A stretch of DNA of 64,000 bases from Octopus sinensis (Eukaryota), in NCBI RefSeq assembly GCF_006345805.1, contig NC_043001.1, forward strand, positions 86,676,001 to 86,740,000, written 5' to 3'. Of this stretch, positions 50,121 to 62,938 are shown piece by piece. The notes beneath the pieces were generated by a model that saw only the letters and a list, made by a program, of their open reading frames with translations, was not told where the DNA came from and ran no database searches. Position numbers and translations under genes: made by a program. Position 1 is the first letter of the stretch, and each line of letters begins with the position of its first letter.

Positions 50121-51659
50121 TGATGATAAGCAGTAGAACAAGTCATGAGTTAGTGTGCGTGACAGTGAATATAGACGGTAAATGGGATAACGGTACGCAG
50201 TTCCGCCTGAACACCAGTGATTTTTCCGCTGATGAAAGAAGCCCCGTTATGACAATCAAACAATACTCATAACTGAATATCAACATTCATTGAATTCAGT
50301 ACCGACAATATGCATTTCAGAAGCGATTCAGCATCAGTTTTAGAAGAGACTCTTTTTGAACTATTTCTTCTTCATTATTGATATCATAGAATTAGGTCCT
50401 TTTCATTATCTATTCCCAGACAGGAGGATCGTATGTCGATATCAGGTCAATTACTTCTAACACATTGCCGTTTCCTTGCCCACCACCTTCAAGACTCTTT
50501 GGAAAACTTGTCGTGCCGTTAATTGTAGAAGTGAGTCTAAAGCAAATATGCAGAGTTTAGTTTCACAGGCTTGCATCGCTAACCATGAAGAGCATAGACG
50601 TACTTCTTTCTCAAGTCATTGGTAGGCCCTCCGTACAGAAGCAGCTATCATATGGAAGTGGAACGCCTGGTGAACTATCAAAGCACTCTTTTCGCCTATA
50701 GCACGTTTCCGATCGAAAAGGCTTATCTGTTTTTGATCCGTCCGGAAAATCTCGACAGTAAAAAAAAAATATTTGCATTTTCTATGTTGTACTCTACCCT
50801 TGGTTGTCATTTATAAAACTTTGAATCAAAACTCCGATAACATTAGTCGTTGCTAATGCTTGCGAGAGGAGAAGTTAGAATCGGATGAACGGCAATTGTC
50901 TAAGAAATATCAACTTCTGCAATGGAGAGCACTTATTCAAGACAGATTTTCTGATTCATGACCCAAGAAGTCTGGTTTGGCTTCTTGTCTTTCGATGTCT
51001 GTCACAGCATGATCACCGTTGTCACTACATAAAAATTCTAAAGGTGTTCAACCACAAATTCTGGCAAAGCTTCAAAAACACTTAGATTTCAGTAGTTTTC
51101 AGCTTCTATAATCGCAGAAAGCTTCTCGCTTATATTACACACTGAGTCTGCAACAAAGAGTTAACAAGTTGATTAAAAAATAAACTTCAAGAATGTCTGT
51201 CAACACATTCATTTTCCATCATAAGAATGCTTAGTTTAATTCAGCGTAGAAAAAAAGCAACAATATTTTCATTATCTGTGACAGAGGCTTCTGAGGGATG
51301 GTAACCAGAATCAAAGAGACGGGCTTTGGGCGCATGTATATTGAAATGGACAAAATTGCGTATATAGCAAAAGACGAGACGAAAAGAGAAGTAAATAATA
51401 ATGGTACGCCTAGAAGTAAGACCAAAAGTTTTCGAGGTAGGGAACGCTCACGAAAATGTTCAAATAACACTCAAAGCAAAAAGATTATAATAGAACAAGT
51501 TCATTAAGTTAATTAATATTGTAATCAAACTAAAACTATGAAGCTTGTACAGCAATATCAAAAAAAGTTTTCAGAAGTTTTTGATCGCGAAATTACAATA
51601 TTTGAAGATATTTTTGATATTTAGGGATCATTGTCACTTTAAGAAAGAAGTTCAAACAG

Positions 51660-51960
51660 GAGCTCAAAACAAGAGTCACCTTCGAGCCATATTACCAAGA
51701 TTTGAGCAAAGTTTCGAAAAAGAATGCCAAAACTGGACGGACGAAATGAAAACGTATCTAATTCTGAAGAAAGTGGCGACGATAGAGCATGAGAAATACT
51801 GTAACATTATATTGCCTAAAAAAGTTACTGACATAAATTTCACGGATACAATTGATATTTTATGTAGGATGTTTAAGGAAAAAAACATCGTTGTTCAACA
51901 AACCTTGGAAGTGTTTGAACACTGAGAAAAGCGATGACGAAGCCTTTACCACATATTAGG
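51660..51960 (+). mobile_element. Ty3/gypsy (K02A2.6-like) gag fragment
   Basis: RFEQSFEKECQNWTDE..EHEKYCNIILPKK..F..TI.IL..MF. Confidence 0.7.
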
Positions 51961-52278
51961 CAAATCAAACAGTGGTTTTATCTCCAATTTAACATAATAT
52001 ATATATATATATTTATGCTATAAAATTAGATTTAATCCTAAATCTAATTTTTCCCTGTAAGTTTGGATTTACTCCCTAATATTATTATGTTTGTCCTGTA
52101 CTCTGTTTTTTCGTTGTTAAAAAAATTCCGTTTCCTTGTTTGATTTTATGTTTTCGTCTCTCGTTGTGTTCTACGTTTATTTGTGGTGTCCTGTACTCAT
52201 ATATATATATATGCGTGTATATATACATGTAGATGTAAGTATGCACATATATGTATGTATATATGCATATATTTTATT

Positions 52279-52334
<56 letters not shown>

Positions 52335-52466
52335 ATATCTTATATATAGATATATATATAGTATTCACTATTTTACATCAAGCCACCAATAACTAGTGTA
52401 CATATACATATACACGCATACACATACATATATATATATATATTACACAACACTACCCCACTGAAT

Positions 52467-55460
52467 ATGGCCAATAATTTTCAAAAACGCCGCTGGGTTG
52501 AAAATGAAATTACTGCAATGATTAATGCTTGGTTCATCCATCACAACGCAGAGGTGAAAATAAAAGATTTCACCATTGTTCGTGCGGATCGCACAGACCG
52601 ACATAAGGGAGGGACAGCCATCTTTATCCATGACTCTTTTTCACTTGATGCCAAGGACATATTTTCCAATGGCTACTGTGAATCGGTATCACTATACAAC
52701 AAAGCCAAGGACATAACCATTGTTGGTCTTTACAGGCCTCCCCAGGCACCTCTAAAGTACTTTGAAGAGTGCCTTAGCAAAGTCAAGTCCTTCCTTCGGA
52801 AGTACCACTCCGGAAACATACTAGTGATGGGTGATTTTAACCTCCCTCATGTGAACTGGCCCACAAATACTCTGAAGTTAGGCAAGTGCTCTACATCAGA
52901 TAGAGCAGCAGCAGAACTGCTCTTTAATCTGATGGATGAGTATTTCCTGACTCAGCTAGTGCTTGAACCAACGAGACAGAATAAACCGATCTTGGATCTG
53001 GTATTGACCAATCACTCTAGCTACGTTCACAGTATTTCAGTCGAAAAAACTCTCCTCTCAGACCACGACATGGTACTCTGCAATCTTAATTCCCGACATA
53101 TAAAAACCAAACCAGCCAATCCCACTCCATGGCACCCATTTGACAACATAAACTTCCACAAAGCGGACTGGGGAACAATCAGAAAGGATCTGTCTTCCAT
53201 CGACTGGTCTTTTACTCTCAATTCCTCTCATATTGAGACCGCGTGGCAGCACTTTGAAAACATTGTCACCTATACATGCTCTAAACACGCTCCCAAGAAA
53301 TCTACTAACACAAACAAAACCGGCTCCCTAAAAAGAAAAAAAACACTCATCAGGCGCATCAAAAGACTCAACAAAAAATCAACCAATTAAAATATTCCCA
53401 CACACAACATCCATATTCAACAACAATGAAAAGACTAGAGCTGGAAAAACTTCATCTGCAGACCAACATGAAAACCTCCATTGAAAATCAAAGAGCTGTG
53501 GAGAACAATGGGTAATCAAAAACATCAAACAGACCCAAAAGTGTTCTATTCTTATGCAAATAAGCATAGAACCACTGTCTCACCCATTGGGCCATTGATT
53601 GATGATAACGGCATTCCCCAACACGATGCTAAAGAAATGGCAGAAATACTGCAGAAACAATACTGCTCTGTCTTTAGTGTTCCCACTGATATTGACGTAA
53701 GGGAAACGAACGAAGTTGACTCCCAACACAAAATCTCAGACATAACCTTCACTGCCACTGACATCGTAGCAGCAATAAATGAGGTCAAACATTACTCTGC
53801 TGTAGGCCCTGATAGATTTCCCGCTAGTCTCCTGAAGGAATGTAGATGCCAACTTGCAGTCCCTCTGACCAACCTCTGGAGAAATTCGTTAGACGCAGGT
53901 TATATACCGAAACAGTTTCTATCCCAGTCGGTCATCCCGGTTTTCAAACAGGGAAACAGATCCCTCGCAGTCAACTATCGCCCAATCTCACTCACCTCCC
54001 ACATCATTAAAGTGTTTGAAAGAGTGTTAAGATCAAGGATAGCTGACTTCCTGGAGACCTACAAACTCCTAAATGCAAATCAGCATGGCTTTCGCTGTGG
54101 CAGGGACTGTCTAACACAGCTCTTACACCACATTGAAGATGTACTCAAAGCCTTGGGAACAGGTTCGAACTCTGACGTCATATATCTTGACTTCAGTAAA
54201 GCGTTCGACAGGGTAGACCATAATATCCTACTCTCAAAATTGGCAAATGTTGGAATCCGTGGAAAAGTTCTACACTGTATTAAGTATTTCCTGGCGAATA
54301 GAACACAACATGCTGTAGTTGATGGAGTCCAATCAAACCCAGCAAAAGTCACCAGCGGTGTTCCCCAGGGAACTGTTTTGGGTTCGCTACTCTTCATAAT
54401 TTACATAAACGACCTTTCCAGTGTCGTACATTACTGCAAAGTGAAAATATTTGCTGATGACACTAAGCTCCAGCAAATCGTCAATGAAGAAGCAGACCGA
54501 ACTCAACTCCAGTCTGATCTATATGCTGTGAGTCAATGGGCAGACAGAAACAAAATGCAACTGAATGAGGGAAAATTTGAGCTGATGCATTTTGGAAGAA
54601 ATTCCTCACTAAAACAACCATACTCTCTTCCTTCAGGGGAACCGCTCACAGCCTCTAACAATATCAGAGACCTGGGTGTAATTGTTGATGACGATCACAG
54701 TTGGAGTGCACACATCAACAAGAAGGTCGATATAGCTCGTAGGATGAGTTCCTGGATCTTAAGAACTTTCCGGTCCAGAGAACAAGATGTCATCATACCA
54801 CTTTTTTCCTCCTTTGTACGGCCACACCTTGAATACTGCTGCCCACTGTGGTCTCCTCACACAAGACAAACCATCTCCAGAATTGAGTCACCCCAGAAGG
54901 CACTCACTAAACGAATTGAAGGCATGGCTGCTCTCGATTATTGGGATCGCCTTAAAGCCTTGAAACCTTACTCCCTCCAGCGTCGCCGTGAGCGGTACAT
55001 CATTTGTACGATGTGGAAAATATACCGCCAACTTTGCCCAAACGACCTAAACATTAGCTTCAAGGTTCATCCAAGACTTGGACCACGGGCTATACGTCCC
55101 CTGCCCAATTCAAGATCACAACATACATGTACACTGCAACATAATTTCTTTTCCTCAACAGGCCCTGCCCTATTTAACATTGTCCCGAGGGAGATCAAAG
55201 AGGAAAAGGATCCCATCAACTTTAAACAGAGTCTGGATAGATTCCTTCAACGAATACCAGATAAGCCACTCATAATTGGATACAACTCACCCAACAAGAA
55301 CTCACTACTTGAACAAAACTGGATACAACTCACCCAACAAGAACTCACTACTTGAACAAAACTTGACTTAAACAGGATTTGAATAATCCTATCAGGTGGT
55401 GCTATTAAGTTAGACATGGCCTGGACCAATCTTTGGTCGAAACATATCTAAGTTATCTAA
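52467..55460 (+). mobile_element. APE-RT LINE (CR1/L2-like group, clade unresolved), most of ORF2 plus 3' UTR
   Basis: Endonuclease ORF 52467-53390 (YRPP, MGDFNLP, LDLVLTN, SDH); RT ORF 53481-55355 (YRPISLTS, DFSKAFD, PQGTVLG, FADD); the linker between them is broken. Confidence 0.93.
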
Positions 55461-55461
55461 G

Positions 55462-55518
<57 letters not shown>

Positions 55519-55521
<3 letters not shown>

Positions 55522-56894
55522 ACATCACAATCAAGGAACGGCCATAATAGGCCATTCACCCACTAGAAATAACAGCCAAAGCTTCAACCGCAAAATAACA
55601 TTAATTCCGTAAACCAGGAGAAAATTAAAAAACATTTACCCTGTAATTTCTTATACGATGCACCGTTTCATCTACTGTTTAATGGTAAACTAACCTGATT
55701 AAATTAAATCAAGCCAATCTTCCATAGGCCCTTAGAATCGTCAGTAAGAAATAGCCAGATCGGAACAGATATTTTCACGAGGCATTTCTGTCCCTGCCTC
55801 GGCAATATCTGACCTAAAATTTTCAAATCATCGCACTCGCGCCAAATTTATCGGCAGCAAATAAATATAAGCCGCCGATTCCAAAAAAATTCTATAAAAT
55901 TTTTTGCCACCCTATATTGATTAATTATGAATTTTCTGGTTAATTCCGTAATGGAATCGGCGGCTTATATTTATTTGCTGCCGATAAATTTGGCGCGAGT
56001 GCGATGATTTGAAAATTTTAGGTCAGATATTGCCGAGGCAGGGACAGAAATGCCTCGTGAAAATATCTGTTCCGATCTGACTATTTCTTACTGACGATTC
56101 TAAGGGCCTATGGAAGATTGGCTTGATTTAATTTAATCAGGTTAGTTTACCATTAAACAGTAGATGAAACGGTGCATCGTATAAGAAATTACAGGGTAAA
56201 TGTTTTTTAATTTTCTCCTGGTTTACGGAATTAATGTTATTTTGCGGTTGAAGCTTTGGCTGTTATTTCTAGTGGGTGAATGGCCTATTATGGCCGTTCC
56301 TTGATTGTGATGTTGAACTTAAAAATGGTCTATGACTATTTAATTTTTTCCCACTAGGCCGCTGGTGGCAAAAAAATTCTACAAAATTTTTTGCCACCCT
56401 ATATTGATTAATTATGAATTTTCTGGTTAATTCCGTAATGGAATCGGCGGCTTATATTTATTTGCTGCCGATAAATTTGCCGCGAGTGCGATGATTTGAA
56501 AATTTTAGGTCAGATATTGCCGAGGCAGGGACAGAAATGCCTCGTGAAAATATCTGTTCCGATCTGGCTATTTCTTACTGACGATTCTAAGGGCCTATGG
56601 AAGATTGGTTTGATTTAATTTAATCAGGTTAGTTTACCATTAAACAGTAGATGAAACGGTGCATCGTATAAGAAATTACAGGGTAAATGTTTTTTAAATT
56701 TTCTCCTGGTTTACGGAATTAATGTTATTTTGCGGTTGAAGCTTTGGCTGTTATTTCTAGTGGGTGAATGGCCTATTATGGCCGTTCCTTGATTGTGTGT
56801 TGAACTTAAAAATGGTCTATGACTATTTAATTTTTTCCCACTAGGCCGCTGGTGGCAAAAAAATTCTACAAAATTTTTTGCCACCCTATATTGA

Positions 56895-56897
<3 letters not shown>
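55519..56897. repeat. 487-bp tandem repeat (2+ units) with a 365-bp inverted copy forming a palindrome
   Basis: Arms 55519-55883 and 55952-56316 show 1 mismatch by eye; the unit marker GCCACCCTATATTG is at 55906, 56393 and 56880. Confidence 0.93.
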
Positions 56898-56971
<74 letters not shown>

Positions 56972-57017
56972 AAATGGCAAGGTAGAACATGCTAAAATAA
57001 TTTTATAAAAAACATTT

Positions 57018-57053
57018 CAGTACCGGTTTCAGTCATTGAGACTTTTTCAACTG
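57018..57053 (-). ncRNA. Minimal type I hammerhead ribozyme, U3-A8 core variant
   Basis: cag-TTGAAAA-agtc-tcaat-gact-GAAA-ccgg-TA-ctg. Confidence 0.65.
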
Positions 57054-57559
57054 TAAGTTGTCAACTGTAAACATATGAAATATTGGCGGAATTCTGCTTT
57101 ACACATGCCTCATTACTTTTTTTATTTTGGGGGAATTTTCAGAAAATTTTTGCGTTTGGATCCTATTCATACGATTGTGCAAAAACCAAAATAATTCGTG
57201 CGCGATTTAAGGTCTATTTAGCTGTTTTCAGCACATCTCATACCGTATGTGTTTTATGCGTTTGATAAGCAACAAAAAGAAGTAGCTTGGTAACAGCTTG
57301 GCTTTTTACGATGGAAACAGGCACCTATATGTCTGTGGCTTTCGATTACTTAATATTACCCCAAATTTGCAAACTTTAAAAGTTATTAACTCTTTATTCA
57401 TTGATTTATGACGAAAGTGAATTTCCTGTCAATGATTACTTTACAAAACTTCACCAATATGCCAAATAGTAAATCAATTATAACTAAAATTAAAGAAATC
57501 GAAATGTGGCAGCCAAGCAGAAAAGATCCATGGTGTGTTATTATAGGATATATAGTTGC

Positions 57560-59238
57560 AGTTTGTATTTTTTAATGAACATGCTTTCCTTATTCAATAG
57601 GAATTGGGTTGAAATGATTCTGGTGCATTAACAGCGAAGGAAATCTGTTATTTCAGATTTATGCCTGCAGGGCATTATATTAAATGCTTGCTTACGGGAA
57701 TTCTTCTGGTTGTGGGGTCCCGGGTCTGTTGCCTGTGTACCATCAGTCTGTCCCTCTAGGACAAGCTCATTTGATTTATACAGTCCCCACCACACCCATC
57801 GCATTTGAGAACATAAATTAAGTTCTTCGATGTACAGGCGAAAGAATTTTTTATGGTGAATATTTGACTTGACTTCAATTTATATGTTGAACCTTCCAAA
57901 AGGTTGATGCAGGTCCCGCAGTTAGGGCAGTTGCATTTTTTGACAAGTGGGGTTGTATTTTTGGTTGGTAATTTGGCGCTAGTATTTTTGATGGATAATT
58001 TGGCGCTTTGTAAGGATTTTGTTTTTAATAATTCAATGTGCTTCGAGAGCTTTCTATATTCGTAGGTCGTTCAGCAGGAAGTGTTTATTCTGATGGATGA
58101 TGTTGTATGCTTCCATGTTCCTTGGATTGTGTGCTGATACGTAAGAAAAAGCTTTACGTGTGTCGGGGTATTTTCTTCTTTTTTGTTATTCTTGGACGTC
58201 TTTCGGTTTTGTATCTTCTATTCCGTTTTTGATTAAACTAACGGGGTATTTTCTTTCTAGTAATATATTTTTAAATTACTGGAGTCGTTTATCCCGGGTT
58301 TCGGGATTTGATGCACTCGTGCAAATTCTTCATGCCAAATTAAAAGGTATATTGATTTTAGTATGCTTTGGGTGGCAGGAAGATACTAGTTGATATTGTT
58401 TTGAGTTCGTTGGTTTAAGGCAGATGTCGGTTTCAATGTTAGAATCTCGCTTTATGATTCAAATGTCTTGAAAGGGTAGCTCTTTGTGGCTGTATTTTAT
58501 CGTAAATTGGATATTGTGATCAACATTGTTAGTTAAGTTCTTACATTCCAAAACTTGATCAAGGTTGTGTGACCATAGAATGAAACATTTGTCCATGTAG
58601 CGTTTCCATTTGGCGAGTAAGTATTTTTGGAAGTTGTTACCAAACCTCAATCAGGTGTGTTCGTATATTTGGACTTCCCAGTATGCCATGACAAGGTTAG
58701 CAAAAGTAGTGGCTACTCTCGTTCCCATCGCAAACCCATATTTTTGTCTGTAAGTAATTTCGTTGAAGTCATAAAAGTTATTCTGAAGGATGAATTTTCG
58801 TTTCTCAACGTTGAACCTTCTTCCAGTTCGGTCTGGTATGTCATTTGGTACTTTTTACAGCCATAATTGTATTGCTTTTATTCCGTATTCGTGGGGCATC
58901 GAGGTGTAAAGGTTTATTACATTGAATGAGACCAAAATAGAGTCTATGCTGGTTTTGCTTGGAAGGTGGTTTAAAAAGTCCAGATCATCTCTTATGAAGA
59001 TTGGTATATGCTGAAGGATAGGTTTTAGGAGGACGTCGGTGAAGTTACTGAGCTCGTGTGTCTCACAAGAGGGACCAGCTATAATTGGCCTCCTTTTGAG
59101 AACTCTCGGATGTGGAATATTAATGACTGAATAAGATAATATGTTACAGGCTTCATTTATGGCTTCACTTTTATGGAATTTTGGTGGTCCGTAAAACTTG
59201 CTAGTTCTGCTTATTCAGTCATTAATATTCCACATCCT
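57560..59238 (-). mobile_element. Decayed Penelope-like element (RT + GIY-YIG) with 5' inversion
   Basis: RPIIAGPSCETH, GFAMGTRVA.TFANLVMAY, WKRYMD.CFILW, FACTSKNLIYVLKC.GC; 59140-59238 continues the ORF on the + strand. Confidence 0.8.
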
Positions 59239-59363
59239 GGTGCTGTATGAACATTTAATGTGGTTTTAGAGACAAGTTTTGGCTGCTATATCTAGCTTGG
59301 TGGTATCTCTTAGATACCCTTAATTATAATTTTAATAATATATATATATATACATACATACAT

Positions 59364-59415
<52 letters not shown>

Positions 59416-59489
59416 ACATACATGCATACACACATGCATACATACACATGAATGTCCCGGTGAAAACCTCAATAAAATGTAAATATAAT

Positions 59490-59830
59490 AGACCTGGCAT
59501 AGTAAGTTGGGTAAAGAGAAACTGTGCACAGTTATGGAAATCATGGATGTTAGCATAAAGCTAAAGATCAGCGAAAAAGGAAATACCTACGCTGAATTAT
59601 TAAGGAATGCACTGCTACTCTACCCAGATTGCAAGTTCAGGTTTATACCTGTAATTATTGGGACACTGGGATATATAACACACTGCCTATATACCAGCCT
59701 TGAGAAATTTGGCTTCTCAAAACCAGAAAGGACAAAGCTGATTCGAAGACCACAGATCCAAGCCATCACTGGAACCGTAAAAATCTGTAAAACTTTCCAG
59801 AAGTTTATCCTTTAAGTATATATGAGCATG
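59490..59830 (+). mobile_element. RLE-type LINE 3' end
   Basis: ORF 59507-59815: YPDCKFRFIPVIIGTLG..GTVKICKTF. Confidence 0.7.
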
Positions 59831-59872
59831 TCTAGATATGTAATTCTATACATGAAAATATATACATAAAAC

Positions 59873-60366
59873 GGTGCTACTTTGGCGTGTGATCTACAAG
59901 AGAGATTACTTTAGGTTACTTTTTAGCTTATTTTTTAAATTTCTAAAAACCCGTAAGATGTTGGCTAAAGATTTTTTACAATATGATCAGTGACGAGATA
60001 AAGGCAGTTGCATTTGTACAAGAAACCAGAAAGCAGTTGCATTTTTTACAAAAATTAGTAGTATATTCACATCATTTCTTAAGAAAAAGAAACGTGCCAC
60101 TTTGCTGTGTTCTACAATTTAAAGAGTGATTACTTTAGGTTACTTTTTAGTTTACCCTGTCCTAGTGCTACTTTCCGTGTGATCTGCGTGAGCAAATTTA
60201 CTTTGGTGGGTGATCTACGCGCTTATTTTAATTATTATATGGTTTTCTTCTTATTAAAATGGCAAGCATTTTGAAAAAATACATTTACAATGCTAAGTAT
60301 GTACAACATAATTTAAAAAGTAACCTAAAGTAATCTCCCTTGTAGATCACACGTTAAAACAGCACC
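59873..60366. mobile_element. MITE with ~50-bp TIRs
   Basis: GGTGCT..CGTGTGATCTACAAG.GAGATTACTTTAGGTTACTTTT and its reverse complement; no TSD resolved. Confidence 0.75.
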
Positions 60367-61286
60367 CATGAAACAAAACATACACATTTGTACATATACA
60401 TACATACATACATACATACACACATACATACATACATACATACATACATACATACATACATACATACATACATACATACATACATACATACATACATACA
60501 TACATGATGATGGTTGCCCCCTCGTTATCGAGTATGGCCATTGCACGAAGCTTAACTGCTGCTGGTGCTGTGATCGAATGTGACTTTTATTTGCTTTTTA
60601 AGGCTAAAGCCAGCCATTCAGTTGAGACTCACAGCACCATCAACAATCATGAACAATGTTGTTATCGTGCAATGCCTGTGCAAGAAGATTTTTTTAAAGT
60701 GAGGAGAGGCTGTGCACTGAGTCAATCCTACTCACTAAGCAACAACAGCCATAATCCGAAAAGAAGAACAAGTCAATATCATCGGTAACCACTGAGCCGC
60801 ATGTTTTATGTCAGAGTTATCCCAGTTACCTGAGCTACCTTCTCCTAGAAAGATACCCTAACAAAGGCTAGGAGTCCTTCACTCCCAATGGTTTAACCGC
60901 GCGATCAGGTATTCAGTCTGATTATTTCTATGTCCCCACGCGTGATACAGCCTTAAGAAGAAGAAAAAAAACACATTTATTGGATGGCCGTTGACTCTCA
61001 AAAGTTCCTCTGCCCTTTGACGGGTTTGTTTTTCATCCCGCAGGGTGTCCAATAAACATGTAAGAGTTAGCACTTCCTTCTCTAAGCTTAGATTCGAAAT
61101 CGAATCCAAGAATCATTGATCATCTCTCTTTGACCTTATGTATTTATTTATACACACACACATCCACTACAAACACCCTCCTCACCAAGCAAGCTTAGTG
61201 GGGTTACCGGTTTAGTTGCCGACGGCCCGACCATGCAACAGGTTGTATTGGGTTACATGTTACCAGTAGCCCTCGAAAGTGACATG

Positions 61287-61319
<33 letters not shown>

Positions 61320-61619
61320 CATGCATGCATACATACATATATACATGCATGCATACATATATACATACAAAAATAAGCTGTTGATTTTACTGAAGTTCTA
61401 GTGAAAACTTGGATCTAGGTTAGAAACCGTTTTTTTCTCTATCGGCAAGAAATCTTGAAATAAAACTGACTTGCGGTCATTGCTGTACTCTTTCGCCACA
61501 ACTTTCACTCTTTCTTCTGTTGGCCTGCTCGCTTAGCCAGCGGAGTAGCCTCATTTGAAGGCCAAAACAATGCGAAGCGCATTGTTGTGACCAGCGATGT
61601 GTAGCAACACGCGATCGCC

Positions 61620-61621
61620 TG

Positions 61622-61652
<31 letters not shown>

Positions 61653-61755
61653 ACGGTGACGGTGACGGTGACGGTGACGGTGACGGTGACGTGACGGTGA
61701 CGGTGACGGTGACGGTGCCGGTGACGGTGACGGTGACGGTGACGGTGACGGTGAC
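61620..61755. repeat. (GGTGTC)n(GGTGAC)n hexamer tract, probably an expanded retroelement tail
   Basis: Direct reading; it follows a repeat-like block at 61420-61620. Confidence 0.85.
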
Positions 61756-61770
61756 ATATAAAAGTTAGTA

Positions 61771-62683
61771 GGCAGAAACGTTAGCACTCCGGGCGAAATG
61801 CTTTGCGATATTTCGTCTGCCACTACGTTCTGAGTTCAAATTCCGCCGAGGTCGACTTTGCCTTTTATCCTTTCAGGGTCGATTAAATAAGTACCACTTA
61901 CGCACTGGGGTCAATATAATCGACTTAATCCGTTTGTCTGTCCTTGTTTGTCCTCTCTGTGTTTAGCCCCTTGTGGGTAGTAAAGAAACAGATATTCGTT
62001 TAGTATGAGTTCAAATTCCGCTGAAGTCGTTTGCCTTTCATCCTTTCGGGGTCGATTAAATAAGTACCACTTACGCCCTGGGGTCAATATAATCGACTTA
62101 ATCTCTTTGTCTGTCCTTGTTTGTCCCCTCTATGTTTAGCCCCTTGTGGGTAGTAAAGAAACAGATATTCGTTTAGTATGAGTTCAAATTCCGCTGAAGT
62201 CGTTTGCCTTTCATCCTTTCGGGGTCGATTAAATAAGTACCACTTACGTACTGGGGGCCGATGTAATCGACTTAATCCCTCTGTCTGTCCTTGTTTGTCC
62301 CCTCTATGTTTAGCCCTTTGTAGGCAGTAAAGAAACAGATATTCGTTTAGTATGAGTTCAAATTCCGCTGAAGTCGTTTGCCTTTCATCCTTTCGGGGTC
62401 GATTAAATAAGTACCACTTACGCCCTGGGGTCAATATAATCGACTTAATCTCTTTGTCTGTCCTTGTTTGTCCCCTCTATGTTTAGCCCCTTGTGGGTAG
62501 TAAAGAAACAGATATTCGTTTAGTATGAGTTCAAATTCCGCTGAAGTCGTTTGCCTTTCATCCTTTCGGGGTCGATTAAATAAGTACCAGTTACGTACTG
62601 GGGTTCGATGTAATCGACTTAATCCCTTTGTCTGTCCTTGTTTGTCCCCTCTATGTTTAGCCCCTTGTAGGCAGTAAAGAAAT
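61771..62683 (+). repeat. Tandem array of SINE family B 3' parts (~173-bp unit x5, ABAB higher order)
   Basis: B-box GAGTTCAAATTCCGC at 61832, 62007, 62180, 62354 and 62527. Confidence 0.93.
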
Positions 62684-62906
62684 ATATTTCATATCCAGGC
62701 TTCTTTCTTGCTGCCCAACTTCATTCACTCGAATAATACTGATAACATTAAGTAACTAATAAACTAAGTTATCATCATCATCATCATCTTTATTTTATTT
62801 AGCAGTGTCATTGTAAAACGCGTTTTTTTTTTTTTTTTTTGTATCTGTGCCGAGTATGATAATACATGTATAATTATGTACATTCCTACATACATACATA
62901 TATACA

Positions 62907-62938
<32 letters not shown>

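Noticed and set aside
50400-50820. Moderately complex block with short ORFs on both strands
   Set aside because: No recognisable domain or splice signals; probably a decayed TE.
56051-56125. CTGACGA plus hairpin in the 487-bp tandem unit
   Set aside because: No GAAA follows helix II, and the upstream GAAA gives no valid type II fold.
60505-60900. Possible HDV-like ribozyme at an RTE-like repeat end
   Set aside because: The P1/P1.1/P2/P3 nested pseudoknot could not be built by eye.
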